Shown: positions 26,641 through 41,982 of the stretch, piece by piece
Numbering within the stretch: the first letter of the stretch is position 1
Layout of the letters: every line of letters starts with the position of its first letter
Source: Octopus vulgaris
Taxonomy: Eukaryota
NCBI GenBank assembly: GCA_951406725.2
Contig: OX597826.1
Coordinates: 39,308,001-39,372,000 of the forward strand
Length of the DNA stretch: 64,000 nt
Direction of reading: 5' to 3'
Position numbers and translations under genes: made by a program
The notes under the pieces: model-generated
Database searches by the model: none
Told to the model about the DNA's origin: nothing
What the model saw: only the letters and a program-made list of their open reading frames with translations

Positions 26641-27511
26641 GTGTATGAACAATTTAGAGACTATTACATCACATATTCCCATTTGACAATTGAAAATACA
26701 TGTTTTAAAAATAAACATTCTACTTTAGCCTCGCTGAGGAATACCAACAAATTGGTTTTATAGATCTTTAAAAATATCTCCGTGAAAAGACATAGGTGGT
26801 CCAACCTTATGACTTTCTATTCCTCTTATGGAAGCTATTTAGCTATAGGCTATTTAGTGCTATTTGGAGTGTCTTCAAACTAAGATCAGCTAAATTAGTC
26901 AGTCTAATTTGCACTGGAGGGAAAATTGCAGGAACAGGTGCGATAATATTCGAAATTAATTGAACCTGGAGAAGTACAGGTCAAAAAGTGGAAGCTTAAA
27001 AATATCGGTGTTGAAGTAAGAAATGAAATGCTTTTCTTTTGTTCGAATGTTAAAGTTTAACACTATTTTAAATTCTAACTTCCCCTACAAAGAAAATTCT
27101 CTATGGAAATTGAAATATTTACACATTATAAAATAAAATAGAGTGAATGATGTGGGGGTTTTGAAGTATTCGTGTATGATGTAGATGTAGCCTGTCTTTA
27201 AAAATTGAAAACTGCGAAGTTATCTTCTTTTCATATTTTTCTCCTATAGCTGATCTGATATTTAGGTATACAAAAGTACGAGATCATCTAGGTGGGAAGA
27301 GTAGGATGTACTTGTATCCTGTCACTCTTGTGTCTCCTAATTTTATTTGAAAAACCTTCGCAAGTTAATTTAGCTTTCTATGTTTCATATCACCAAGCTC
27401 AGAATATAACTCTTTCCTTTTTTTTTTGGAATGATGCATCTCAAAACAGATATTGATATAAAATAACGTGCAAATATTAGGATAAAAAAATCCTGTATAG
27501 ATAAAGTCGAA

Positions 27512-27582
27512 GGCTGATCGTGGGACTCGAACCCAATCTCGTGTAAACATAACAGGTGTTCTATTAGTAGACCAAAGTAATC
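27512..27582 (-). pseudogene. tRNA-like remnant (possibly tRNA-Val derived or SINE head)
   Basis: TGGTCTA A-box-like motif, TTTACAC anticodon-loop-like motif, GGGTTCGAGTCCC T-arm/B box; acceptor stem does not pair. Confidence 0.4.
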
Positions 27583-27781
27583 TTTCGAATTTCTCCATCG
27601 GCCATATTATCCTGAGCGGGTGCTCGTCGTTTTGATTGAGTTGCAATCACATGTGAAGCGATGACTGTGGCGGTAAGTTTGGTATCTGAAATGTTATTTG
27701 CTGACGTTTTGTCCTTCAGATCCTGATTCCGAGGACAAAGTTTTTCATTAATCTTCGAAGATGGTGACATTTTAGAAACGA

Positions 27782-28178
27782 CTAGCAGTATCGCCCGGCG
27801 TTGCTCGGGTTTGTAAGGGAAATAACTATATAAGCATTTTTAGAGAGGTATAGCCAAAAAATAGCAAAAAAATGCATTAAAAATGGAAAAAAAATTAAGG
27901 TAAATTTTTTTTTTAAATCGTTGACACATCGTAGATTTTTTAGAGAGTTACTTCCCTTATATAATAGCGAAAAAATGCATTAAAATGGAAAAATATGATG
28001 GTAAATTTTTTAAAAATCGTAGACTCATCGTAGACGCACGCTAATACCCAGAAGGGCTCGATATGAATCACGACTATAAGATACCCGGTTTTGGTTACAC
28101 TGCACCGCAAAATGTGGGAGTAGTTAGGAATCTAAATCGTAGGAGACAGACACACAACTTCACTTTTATATATAAAGA
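27782..28178 (-). mobile_element. Non-autonomous Helitron
   Basis: Minus strand starts A|TCTTTATATATAAAAG, ends with GC hairpin CCCGAGCAACGCCGGG then CTAG|T; inserted in an AT dinucleotide with no TSD; internal ~100-bp duplication. Confidence 0.85.
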
Positions 28179-28357
28179 TATAAGCCACGTAGTTATATAC
28201 ACATACTTTGTTATATACACATTCTTAAAAGAAAATGTTATTTTGAACACAACATTTATAAAGAATAAAATATTTTTTGGTTTTTCTTTTAAACGGATGC
28301 ATACATTTATTAATAATTATATATAAGTGTCGTCTGTTTATACATAAACACTGTTTC

Positions 28358-29190
28358 ATACTGCAAGCTCGGCTCGCCAATTAATACTACCAAAATTTAA
28401 CGATAGAAAGTAAAATAAAAACCAATTTACCTTTTCTGTATTGTTATAGCAATTCGACCGTCCGTGTGTCTTTGCAAATGTGTTGGAATGAGAAGTGAGT
28501 TGTGTTTTGGCGCCTTTTTTACTAATAACAAACACACACGTGTTTGTATGTAGTTGTTTGAAACGTTTGTGTTTGTCACTGTCATATATGTATGTGTATG
28601 CGTGTGTGTGAGGAATGACACACACACACTCACGCACGCACACATGTACATCAATGCTTTCGGAGTGAAATGTTAAAATATTGAGTTTTCTCGAATTTTG
28701 TCTTAATTGGGGGTAAAATTGAAAGAAATTTTGTATGGCATGACCCAATGGAAGTACTTTGAAAAATCATGGGTAAACTCTAATTGAAGAAATTGTGTGA
28801 GGAGTAAATCGTTATGTATTTATTTGTTTCTGTTTGCTGTGTTTTTTTTTTAGTAGTGGTTTCACTTTAATCGTTGCAAACTTGCAAAGAGAAAGTCGTA
28901 GAAATTAGAGTGATAGCGTGAGTGAATCAGATCGCTCCCTTTGTTGTGTGTGTGTGTGTGCGTGTGCTATAGCCCACACTAAGAAAAGCACATGACTTAC
29001 ACACCACAATGTGAGTTTTCTCTAAATTTTGCTTAATTGGGGTTGAAATTTTAAAAACTGGACCTGGCACGACCCGATGCATTCTACTCTTAAAAATGCT
29101 AGGTAAATTGTAATTGAAGAAATCCTATATTGTAGATTTCTATAAGGGACAAAGAGAGGCAGATAAAATCTGCCTTTTATAATAAGAGAT
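28358..29190 (-). mobile_element. Probable non-autonomous Helitron-type element (second family)
   Basis: Minus 5' end TCTCTTATTATAAAAGGCAGATTTTATCTGCC; internal ~120-bp unit repeated at 28676-28795 and 29010-29125; homologous to 52600-52895; 3' end degraded. Confidence 0.55.
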
Positions 29191-29519
29191 ATTGTTGCTT
29201 ATTTTCATTTTTTTCTTTGCATTTGAAGTTCTACTAGTTAGAAAGCCCTCAAATCTGTCTTAATGTTCAAATGCTAACTCATGTTTCTTGTCATCTCACT
29301 ATTTCCCATACTCTGTTATGATAGCGAGCCTAAGATCAATCTCATTATCAATGTTCTATGCTGCGAGCTTCATGGCTCGTCGTCCTAGGTGCCGGGGGGG
29401 GGGGGGGCAGACATTCATAACCAGGTAAATGACTGACCATTTCTGCCTGTTTTCTTGCCCAATCCTTAGTTTTGAACGCCAGGACCACACTTACAGATTA
29501 ATTTCCTTTATCAATACAG

Positions 29520-29990
29520 GAGGTATAGTCCCATATGTCATAAGGACCCGTTTTGACTCTTCTGAATGCCGTTGAAGATTCACTGCCTTTTTTCTGAAGC
29601 GGAAGTGTTGCCTTTCTTCTTGTTAATTCTAAGATTAATCTCTCAGAAAGCGACACTTCCGTATATCCCACATCGTTACTTTTGTTGGTTTTCCTTCCCA
29701 GAAGCTTTAGTAATCTCCAATGACTTGTCAAACCACGCTAGAAGAGATCTGTTGTTGTTATTGTTGTTCTTGTTCTTGTTGTTAATAGCTATGTCTGTGT
29801 CGCGTGAATTAATGTTTCAAACTTTGACAATTGAGATACTTCATCTGACAAAGCGAGCCTGTCTAAATAAATTTCTTTGCTTTAGTTTTTGTCAGTTTTC
29901 CTGGGGGCGTTTCTGTTTTTGATCGGGGAGAATAAATTTAAACTTGATATGTAAAATATAAACGGTGTGCAAAAAATCAAAAATTAACAA
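29520..29990 (+). mobile_element. Highly decayed, internally deleted PLE fragment
   Basis: AEVLPFF (RT thumb-like), KATLPYIP (linker) and IEILHLTKRACLN (GIY-YIG C-terminus-like) appear in collinear order. Confidence 0.4.
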
Positions 29991-30164
29991 AACATATTTT
30001 TTTGGCAAATGTTTTGAAAGCTCCCAGTATCTAAAATAACGAAAAAGAAAATAAAAAAATTCACTAAAACTTGGTAATAATCCAATTTTCTTAGAATTGT
30101 CTCTAGAGATAACCTTTCTTTCTTTTGTCTCGGGTTTTGTTGTAACTCTTGGAGTCTTGCATGC

Positions 30165-30672
30165 GTAGTGAGAGAATAGTGCATGCCATCAAAGTGACGA
30201 CGAGGCCCAGTATACTCATCATAACTACCCGTCTGATAAGATTACACCAGGCACATGCATCACAACCATATGTGCGCGACATAAACAGCACATGATCTTG
30301 CAGGTTAGAATTTTTTTGGGTCGAGTAGCCTATCACAAACAAAAGGTCCCTGAATAACGGTTGTTTAAAGATGTTGAACAAAACATCTATGTTTTCAGAG
30401 GTGAATTATCCAAACCCCAAAGAATTTCTTTCAACACATGGCTATGATGATTTTCCACTACTTCTGCTCGTGATCAGAGATGTATATATCGTCAGCCACT
30501 AAGGGACATGCTCAACTGGTTATGGTCAAACAATTGACGAGCAAATCTGTGGTACCGAGGAGAATATTCGCTGTAGCCTATCCTTTATACCAAGACAAAA
30601 CAATGTACACGATAATACTTCCAATTAGTTAAGATCAAAAGCCATAAGAGCCACTGTCTGGTATTGCATCAT
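30165..30672 (-). mobile_element. (TAA)n-associated non-coding retroposon, family D
   Basis: Reverse complement aligns along its length with 38719-39274; abuts the (TTA)n array. Confidence 0.85.
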
Positions 30673-32344
<1,672 letters not shown>

Positions 32345-32471
32345 AAAGCAACGGAAATAATCTATTGCAATATCTGTACTCTTGGTTTCTTTTTTTCTTT
32401 TACCTACAACAACAATATCTAATCTGCGAGCATCGATTAGGAAGTCACATTAGATTGTAAAATATCACAAT

Positions 32472-32670
32472 TTCTTCTTCTTCTTCTTCTTCTTCTTCTT
32501 CTTCTTCTTCTTCTTCTTCTTCTTCTTCTTCTTCTTCTTCTTCTTCTTCTTCTTCTTTTTGAGTGAGAGAGCAGTGCATGCCATCAAAGTGACACTGGGG
32601 TAAAATATACCAAGCTCAGTATACCCATCATGACTACCCGTCTGATAAGGGTACAACAGGCGCGCACCAG
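32472..32670 (-). mobile_element. Family D 3' fragment with (AAG)n tail
   Basis: GAGTGAGAGAGCAGTGCATGCCATCAAAGTGACACTGGGG.. is the reverse complement of the family D 3' end; (TTC)n at 32472-32556. Confidence 0.8.
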
Positions 32671-32849
32671 GACCACTCTTCTTAAATAGTACCAAAGGCC
32701 GCTTCCTTCAAGTCTTCCACAGGTTCCTTTATCTAATTCCATCGATGTTATTGGATTAGATTTGTTTTTGAATGGGGAGCCCGGTTTAGTACATCCATGT
32801 TGTTATTGAGTGCGGGCCTCTTCTCTGTTATTGAGCACGGGCCTCTTCT

Positions 32850-33295
<446 letters not shown>

Positions 33296-34572
33296 TACCC
33301 GAGTTCAAATGTAGTCTAAATCATCTTTGAATTTCATCCATCCGGGAGAGATGGATTAAATGCCTGCCAAGAAATGACGTCGGTAAATTGACTATATCCT
33401 TCCCACTAAATGTGAGGCTTCATTCTAATTTTAGAAAACAGCGTAATTATTATAATCATTTGTTTGTCATTTAGATAAATAACATAATGTCTCGATGATT
33501 GATGAATTGGGATTTTCAGTAGAAATCTCTATTTAAATAAATAAATGCTTGTATAAAAATAAATATATTATGTAATCATTTTCTTCTAATCAAGATTAAA
33601 TGAAATTAGAATAATTTCATTGTACTTCCTACTTTTAAAGTCTTAATTACATTTCTTTCCTTTTGTTGTGCACTTAATAGACGTGCCTTTTGATTCACAA
33701 GACTAAGAACAAATTTTGGATGTAATGCATGATATTTCATATGAGTGACTGCTGTTTTATTCAGGTGGAGATAGGTATAGTTTATATTACATCCCCCAAA
33801 GTTATCAAGACAATATAATAAATAGCCCCACACATTTCTTATCAGGTTTCTCATCTCTGCTCTTATATTATAGTTATTTATTATATCACGAGTGTTTCTT
33901 AAAACAATTCAAAAGATATTAACGGAAATATGTCATTCAGCCTGTACCCTTATAAAAGTTTTCTGGTATATCGCTGCGCCACGTTTTGGATCTACCGCTT
34001 AAGACAAAACATCGGCGCTCAAAAACAACCAAATCTCAACTCCACAAATTGGAATGGTCTCATTGGTAGCACACATACTAGCACATTTGGAGAGTAACTG
34101 GAAACTTAAACAACTTCTCCGCTGCCTCCCCAGGATCACTAGCGATATTAGACGTACCTTCAGTCATGATACAGGCTACAAATGCACCAGAATAACAGCA
34201 GCAGAAGACATGCAAACAGTCCAAGAACATCTTGGAGAAAAGCAGAAAACTTCCCCTCAAGAAACTGCAAGTCTCATCCAGAATTCTACATTGTTAGCAC
34301 TTACTTTTAACCATGAAAGTATAACTTACCAGCGATCCCGAGGCCTTTCCATGGAATAAAGACGTAGTTGGATCCTGGCAACCCTTAGAGTTTAAGGGCA
34401 TATATCAATGCATATTCTGTCGGAACACACAGATGCCACATGCCATCGAGTTGCCGAAATACATATTAAAGAAGTAAAACTCACCTTGAGCTACCAAACC
34501 GAGTTTCTCACCCATTCTCTCTTACACACACACAGAGACATACACACTCAGACACACACACACACACACACA

Positions 34573-34628
<56 letters not shown>

Positions 34629-35006
34629 TACATGTTTTATAATTATAGATGTAAATAATTCGCAATTATAACGTGTTGAGCAAGTGTTTAGCAGAGTGCT
34701 AAATTAAATTAAAATAAAATCAGGTGTAGAGCAAAAGTGGATTGATGTTCAGTTGATACATATATGCATTTAAACAGCCATCTATCCGTATGAAGTATTT
34801 GTAGTTGACCCTCCCAGGGATGCATGACATTCAATAATATTAGCTATAAGAATGTGTCTTAATTTAGTTTATTTATGATTTAATATTGTATTTAATTTAT
34901 TTTAGTCATTTAACTACTTTCGTTTGTAGATATATAAATTCCCCTCTTCAAATTATTCTTTTCTTGCTTGTATATATTCAAAACAGCGGCCATTTCTTTA
35001 CGAGTG

Positions 35007-35060
<54 letters not shown>

Positions 35061-35281
35061 TGTGTGTGCGTGTGTGTGTGTTTAGTTTATACGTATGTAT
35101 AATTTATAGGGTTTTCTATTAATCTATTTATGTACATTTAGTATGCGGCTTTGTATATGTACATTTGTCTATGCGTGTGCGTATATATATATATATATAT
35201 ATGAATGTTTGTATGTGTATGTTAGTACATATGGATTTTAAACGCAAATACATTTTACACATATCAATATTTAAATATATA

Positions 35282-36547
35282 TAAAGGGACAAAATATTGG
35301 AAACAACTAGCATAATAATTTCGAAATATCGATAAAACCGTCAAAAGCTTGTTTATTTTTATGGTTTTTGATTTATTATTAGTATTGCTTAATATGTTTT
35401 GCTAAAATTGCTGTTTCTTTTCATATATCATCAGAAAAAGGTATTTAAAATTCATTAAAATGACAGATCTATTGGACTTTCAAAAAGGTCTAATTGTTGG
35501 TACTCGTATGGCAGGCGCTAGCGTAACGAAAACAGCCGAAATGTTTGGTGTATCAAGAAGTACTGTCACGAAAGTAATGACATCCTTTGAGAAAGAGGGA
35601 AAAACCTCCTCGTCGAAACTCCAGAAGTAAACCAAAACTTTCAGATAGGGACCGTCGGACTCTTATGCGAATTGTTAGGAAGGATGGTAAAAGTAAAGCT
35701 CTGAAAATTACTACAGAGCTTAATGACCACCTCAGGAACCCAGTTTCCACAAAATTTGTTCGTCGGGAGCTGCACAAAGCCGGATTTCACGGAAGGGCTG
35801 CAATCAGAAAACCACTACTTTCAAAAACAAACGTTGCAAAGCGTTTACAGTGGAGTAAGAACTTACAGAATTGGTGCCTAGAGCAGTTTAAGAATGTCAT
35901 TTTCTCGGACGAGTCATCCTTTATTCTATTTCCGACTACCGGCCGAGACAGACAAAAGAAGCATTTGACCCAAACTGTCTTCTTCCAACTGTTAAACATG
36001 GAGGTAAATCTGTGATGATCTGGTGCGTGTGTATGTGTGTGTGGGAGGGCTATATCTTGGAAATCCGCCAGCCCAATGGTTTCTCTGCATGACAGAATTA
36101 ATAGTCAAAAGTATTTAAGTATTTTATCTGATCAAATTCATCCTATGATTGCGGAATTGATTCCGGAGGGAAGTGGTATCTTTCAGGATGATAATGCACC
36201 AGTTCACGCAGTTAAAGTTGTTACTGAATGGCACGAGGAGCATTCTAGTGAAGTTGAACATCTTATCTGGCCACCACAGTCCCCAGATCTCAATATTAGT
36301 GAACATTTATGGTGCATTTTAGAAAAACAAGTAAGGACTCGATATCCTCCACCATCATCACTACAAAAACTGGAAAGTGTTTTAGCTGAAGAATGGACAA
36401 AATTTCCTTTGGAAACAATTCAAACTTTGTACGAGTCCATACCTCGTAGAATTCAAGCTGTAATTACTGCCAAAGGTGGTCCTATCCCATATTAAAATAA
36501 ATTTGTTTAAAATTTTAAGGCGTTTCCATTATTTTGTCCAACCCCTG
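35282..36547 (+). mobile_element. Tc1-like transposon with DD36E triad; transposase pseudogene 35460-36495
   Basis: MTDLLDFQKGLIVG..GVSRSTV; FSDES; FQDDNAPVH..SPDLNISEHLW with 36 residues between second D and E; right TIR GTTTCCATTATTTTGTCCAACCCCTG|TA, left TIR GGACAAAATATTGGAAAC partly decayed; frameshifts near 35615 and 35945. Confidence 0.93.
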
Positions 36548-36769
36548 TACATACACGTATATATTTACACATATTTGTTGGATGGCTGTTGACTACTCAT
36601 CAGTCCCTACCCCATTGTTTTATATATTTTCATATGTGTGTATGTATATATATTTTTTTCCTTATTTTTATATATATCTTATTTTATTTCTATTTTTAAA
36701 TTACATATCTTTTACATTTTTTATGTCTGTGTGAGCTGCTCCGCGTCGGACGTCGGAATGATATTTAAT

Positions 36770-37022
36770 CACTCTGTGGAGCCTTTGGGTGACGGTTTGA
36801 TGTCCGGCCCGGAATAGCCTACCTCACGGGCAGGTAGAAGTTCTTTAACATTGGTTGGTAATCTATCTAGGAGCAAGAAATCTCCAAAATGAAACTTGAA
36901 CCCTTGGAATTTCCTAGTTTTGTCAATTCTCATATCACACTGGTGAAAGTCTTCTTGAGCCAGTAGGTGGGGGTTGTACAGTGCAAGATGCACCCTCTGA
37001 AAAATTATTCATCTGCACAGGT
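36770..37022 (+). mobile_element. Possible RTE-type 5' UTR / SINE fragment
   Basis: GGTAATCTATCTAGGAGCAAGAAATCTCC resembles the GGCAACCAGTCTAGGAGAAGGAAAACTC motif recalled from RTE-related elements. Confidence 0.35.
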
Positions 37023-37459
37023 ACTTCTTGTACATACATGAGTATTAGTGTGAGCAGGTAGGTGTAGCTGTGTTTATGTGTGTATTTGATATATATTTTT
37101 ATATATATATTTTAGGTATATATGTCCTTATACTCTCTGCTAATATTTTCTTTATACTTTCTACATCCCTCACTATCAAACTTGCTTTTCGATGCATATT
37201 TGTTATAATCGCATTGGTAGCTTACCAGCTTCTTCCCATCCCCTCTTATAACCTACAACAGTTGCTTTCTCTCTCTCTCTTTCTTTTTCTTACATCTTTC
37301 TCTCAGTTTTTTTCTTCATCTTCCTTTACTTTCTCCTTCCCCCTTCGCCCCACTATCAAGTATTGGAACACTCCTTTATTCATTTACTTTTCCTTTTTTT
37401 TTCTCCTTCACTTGCGAGTTTATATGGACATATATACAATGTAGATGTATTTACAAGTG

Positions 37460-37581
37460 TGTGTATATGTATATATACATTTTTACTTGTATGTATATGT
37501 GTATGTATATTCATATGCCTGTAATATATGCGCTATGTATGTGTGAGTATGTCTATGTGTTGTGTGTATGTGTGTATGATT

Positions 37582-37613
<32 letters not shown>

Positions 37614-37900
37614 CGTATGTGTAAGTATATTTGTTCGTATATATCTTTATATGTCTGCATGTATGTATGTATGTATGTATGTATGTATGTATGTATGTGT
37701 GTGTATGTATGTATGTACGTATGTATGTATGTATGTGTGTGTGTATGTATGTATGTACGTATGTATGTATGTATGTATGTATGTATGTATGTGTGTATGT
37801 ATGTATGTGTGTATGTATGTCTTCATGTATGTATGTCTTCATGTATGTATGTATGTATGTATGCATGTGTGTGTGTATGTATGTATGTATGTGTGTGTGT
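37460..37900. repeat. (TATG)n/(TG)n compound microsatellite
   Basis: Tandem GTAT units. Confidence 0.92.
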
Positions 37901-38231
37901 ATTGTACATCGTACACTCTATTGCACTTTTCATCGATGGTTTCTCATTTACATTTTATTTAACACCAACCTTGCGATCCTATTCTTTCAATTTAATTATC
38001 ATTTATTAATTATTTTCTGGATGTGCATTCTACCCGTTTTGCACAGGATTTGTTTTTTCGATCTTCTCTTAATATATGTATATTTATATTATACTTCTAA
38101 CTTTTACATCTCCCAACTACCCAACATGTAACATAAACTACATCGTTATATTTTGAAAATCAGGCACCTAATCAAATTTAAATGCTTATTCGTTGAATTG
38201 AATTGTATCATATCATATTATATTACATGTG

Positions 38232-38562
38232 TGGAGGCGCAATGGCCCAGACTGGCGGTCATTGGATCGCGGTTTCGATTTCCAGACCGGGCGTTGTGAG
38301 TGTTTATTGAGCGAAAAAACCTAAATCTCCACGAGGCTCCGGCAAGGGGTGGTGGCGAACCATTCTGTGTTCTTTCACTACAACTTTCTCTCACTCTTTC
38401 TTCCTGTTTCTGCTGTAGCTGTATTACAAAGGGCCAGCCTTGTCACACTGTGTCACGCTGAATCTCCCCGAGGGCTACATTAAGGGTACACGTGTCTGTG
38501 ACATACTCAGTTACTTGTACGTTAATTTCACGAGAAGGCTGTTCCGTTGAACGGATCTCTGG
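38232..38562 (+). mobile_element. tRNA-derived SINE (head GGCGCAATGGCCCAG..GGTTTCGATTTCCAGACC)
   Basis: A/B-box-like head; 3' module shared with 11829-12115. Confidence 0.8.
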
Positions 38563-38585
38563 TAGTAGTAGTAGTGGTGGTGGTG

Positions 38586-38621
<36 letters not shown>

Positions 38622-38663
38622 ATAATAATAATAATGATGATAGTAATAATAATAATAATGATG

Positions 38664-38718
<55 letters not shown>
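38563..38718. repeat. (GTA)/(GGT)/(TAA)n compound trinucleotide array
   Basis: Tandem units. Confidence 0.95.
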
Positions 38719-38720
<2 letters not shown>

Positions 38721-39274
38721 CCCTGATGCAGTACCAGGCAATGGCTCTCATGGCTTCTGATCTTAACTGATTGCAAGTGTTATCATGTACATTATTTTGA
38801 CTTGGTATAAAAGATGGGCTACAGCAAATATTCTGCTCAATACCACAGATTTGCTTGTCAGTTGTTTGACCTTAACCAGTTGAGCATGTCCCTTTGTGGC
38901 TGACGATATGTGCATCTCTGATCACGAGCAGAAGTAGTGGGGGAGCATCATAGCCATGTGTTGAGAGGGATTCTTTGGACTTTGAATAATTCACCTTTGG
39001 AAACAGGGGTGTTTCGTTCAACATCCTTAAACAACCCTTATTCAGGGACCTTTTGAGCAGGATGGGTTACTCAACCAGAACAAAATTCTAACTAGGCCCC
39101 ACCTGCAAGGTCATGTGCTGTTTATCTTGATATGAGATCACCATGTCGCGCACATATGGTTGTGATGCATGTGCCTAGTGTACCCTTATCAGACGGGTAG
39201 TCATGATGGGTATACTGGGCTTCGTATATTTTACCCCAGTGTCACTTTGATGGCATGCATTGCTCTCTCACTCT
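38719..39274 (+). mobile_element. Family D retroposon, flanked on both sides by (TAA)n
   Basis: ~555 bp; homologous to 30165-30672 and 32560-32670; TAA arrays at both ends. Confidence 0.88.
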
Positions 39275-40940
39275 ATAATAATAATAATAATAATAATGAT
39301 GATGATGATGATGATGATGTTTATCATTACAGAAAACCCTATGTAACAACACAGTAAGTTAGAAATAATTTTCCATGATATTGTGTAGTTCTCGTCGATC
39401 TTTGTCGAATGAACTAAAGATCAAAGACATTGCATCTGTGAACATCTCGCCTTTTCATATATCTGTGTCTACAATGCGGAACTCAAATATCTCACTAATT
39501 TCAAGCGACTTATTTGAGGGAGATTTGGTTGCTAACGGTAGCAGGTCGAGTGAAAGTCTAAATTATAAGCTAAATTTACTATCTATTAAAAATAACCTGA
39601 TCCAATAAGTCACTGGTCATTGTTTGTTGCCAAAATAATTAAGAGGAAAAAAGTATTGCGTGACTTTTTATGAATACTATGGTCGATCATAAAAAAATAT
39701 TAAACTTCTGAAGAAAAAGAGAAAATAAATTTGAGACACGGCTGTCAACGTTTTTCCAGTTTCAGGAAGCCCACTGGAATATGTTTTTATGGGCACAGTT
39801 AACGTAGCGAGTTTTCTTTGATCTCTTCTAATAACAACAACAGCAAAGATATAATACAGTTGGAACTTTTACCTGGTCAATGAACCTACTAAAATAAGTA
39901 GCCAAGTGATCCTCCAGAGACATCTTTCTATTAAAGAAAAAAAGAGGATATATTAGTTAATGTTGTTCTCCAAAGTAAGGTGAGATTGCTACGCTTTATA
40001 GATCTGTCCAATGAGGATTTACCTGGCTTTCAACAGCAGCAGCAGCAGTAGCAGCAGCAACAACAACAACATCTGAAGACAAGCAAGCAGACAAGCTATG
40101 TCAGCACTATCAGAAGTGAGCTAGGAACCAAAGAAAAACAATCCGGACATACATTGTGAGAAGTGTATAACAACATAGATACGGAATACAATTATTATGT
40201 AAAATGCTCATGAAGAAGACAGAACTGCGTTCTTTAAGAAGAGGGCAACTCTAAACGTAAGATTGCTTCTCTTGCACATAGTAAACTAACATATTTCACT
40301 GCGTGAACTGTTTGTACTTATTGCTACGACAGACCAAATAATTCCCTAAGTTTACTGTTTCACAAGCAATTATTATTGTTATACATTAGTCTAGAAACTT
40401 GAGTACTGAATCTATTTCGTGTAAGCACCGTAACACCAGAGATATTATATGTTTAAGTGGTGGGAAACTGGAGTAGGAGATTGAATCCATCGTCAGGTTT
40501 CACATAACTCCGCTTACATGGAGAAGAATTGTGTTTTCGATGGAAAGCATTCAAAGAAAGACTGCTAGCGTAAACTCAGGCATTCATACGAATGTGTGAG
40601 CATGTAGGTATGTTCGCGTGTACGCTTCTTTGTATCTGCGCACACGTGCGCGCGCATGTTCAGCCGTTTGTGCATGTGTAAAATTTATATTACAAGCGCA
40701 TACATGTATACACATGCACACTGCCAAATACACAGACACGCACCCACCCGAACTATCAATTTAGTTATTGAAGCTAAAACTTCCCTCCGTTACAACTCTA
40801 GGTTTCACGTTTTCATTTTTCACAACCGAAATGTGAAACTCGGAGTTGCAACGGAAGGAAACTTCCAGTTTTCAATAATTGAATAAACTCCGTTATGTGT
40901 TTTGAGTATTTTCTTCCCAGGTTTGTAAATCAAGCCTGTG

Positions 40941-41195
40941 TATACATACATACATACATTCATTCATACATACATACATACATACATACATACATACATA
41001 CATACATACATACATACATACATACATACATACATACATACATACATACATACATACATAAAAATACATACATACATACAAACAAATCTCTCTATGTATG
41101 TATGTATGTATGTATGTATTTATGTATGTATGTATGTATCTATCTATTTATCTATCTATCTTTAAACACATATACATGAATATGAGTATGTATGT

Positions 41196-41260
<65 letters not shown>
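40941..41260. repeat. (TACA)n, (TATG)n and (TA)n microsatellites
   Basis: Tandem units. Confidence 0.92.
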
Positions 41261-41264
<4 letters not shown>

Positions 41265-41420
41265 GTATGTGTAATTTTTCAATGTGTACAAATAACACGG
41301 AAAAATATATAATTAGCTACCAGGGTAGCAAAAATTTCACATAAGTACCAAGGATGTTACAGTCTACTTATAAAGGTAGAATTTCCAGGGTTTAGTGAAA
41401 TGTTTTTGTTTAACTGATAA

Positions 41421-41895
41421 ATAAAGAAATGCAGTTAAACACAGGTGTTATTTAAATTTTTAAACTTCCGACATATGTTTCGAAGAAAACATTCTTATTA
41501 TTTCAGAGGGAGTAAAACGATGTAAAACAATGCGATTTTTTCATCAGAGGGAAAAACAACACACATCTATCGCACTACATTCCTCCACTCCTAGTTTGCT
41601 GATATTTTCTTTCTTTCTCTCCCTTCTCTTTCTCTAACTTGCATTTGACGTTAAATCTATTAACGTTTAAAAAAAAAAAAACTTGCCAGCATTCTCTTCC
41701 TCATATGCGCAGTCATTACATTCATTTAAAATGGCTTATTGTTGTGTGTTGTTTGTTTCTTCCCTGATGAGAAGATAATAGCATTGTTTTACATCATTTT
41801 ATTCCCTCTGGAATAATACCAGTGTTTTCTTCGAAACATATGTCGGAGAGTATAAAGAGTTGAATAACGCCTGCGTTTAACTCCATTTCTTTATG
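41421..41895. repeat. ~145-bp inverted repeat (41421-41565 / 41742-41895), each arm carrying a hammerhead motif
   Basis: CCGACATATGTTTCGAAGAAAAC..TCATCAG versus CTGATGA..GTTTTCTTCGAAACATATGTCGG. Confidence 0.9.
41759..41848 (+). ncRNA. Type I hammerhead ribozyme motif with palindromic stem III
   Basis: CTTCC-CTGATGA-GAAGA[~52 nt]TCTTC-GAAA-CATAT-GTC-GGAG; palindrome ACATATGT; GUC triplet. Confidence 0.75.
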
Positions 41896-41957
<62 letters not shown>

Positions 41958-41982
41958 CATGGGCACATGTCTATCTACTATA

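Noticed and set aside
33890-34400. Possible mariner-like HTH remnant (..TAAEDMQTVQEHL..KTSPQETA)
   Set aside because: Too degenerate; no catalytic motifs or TIRs seen.
40231-40263. Hammerhead-like TCT-TTAAGA-A-GAG GGCAA CTC-TAAA-CGTA-AGA
   Set aside because: Stems fit but both core boxes are mutated; at most a fossil.
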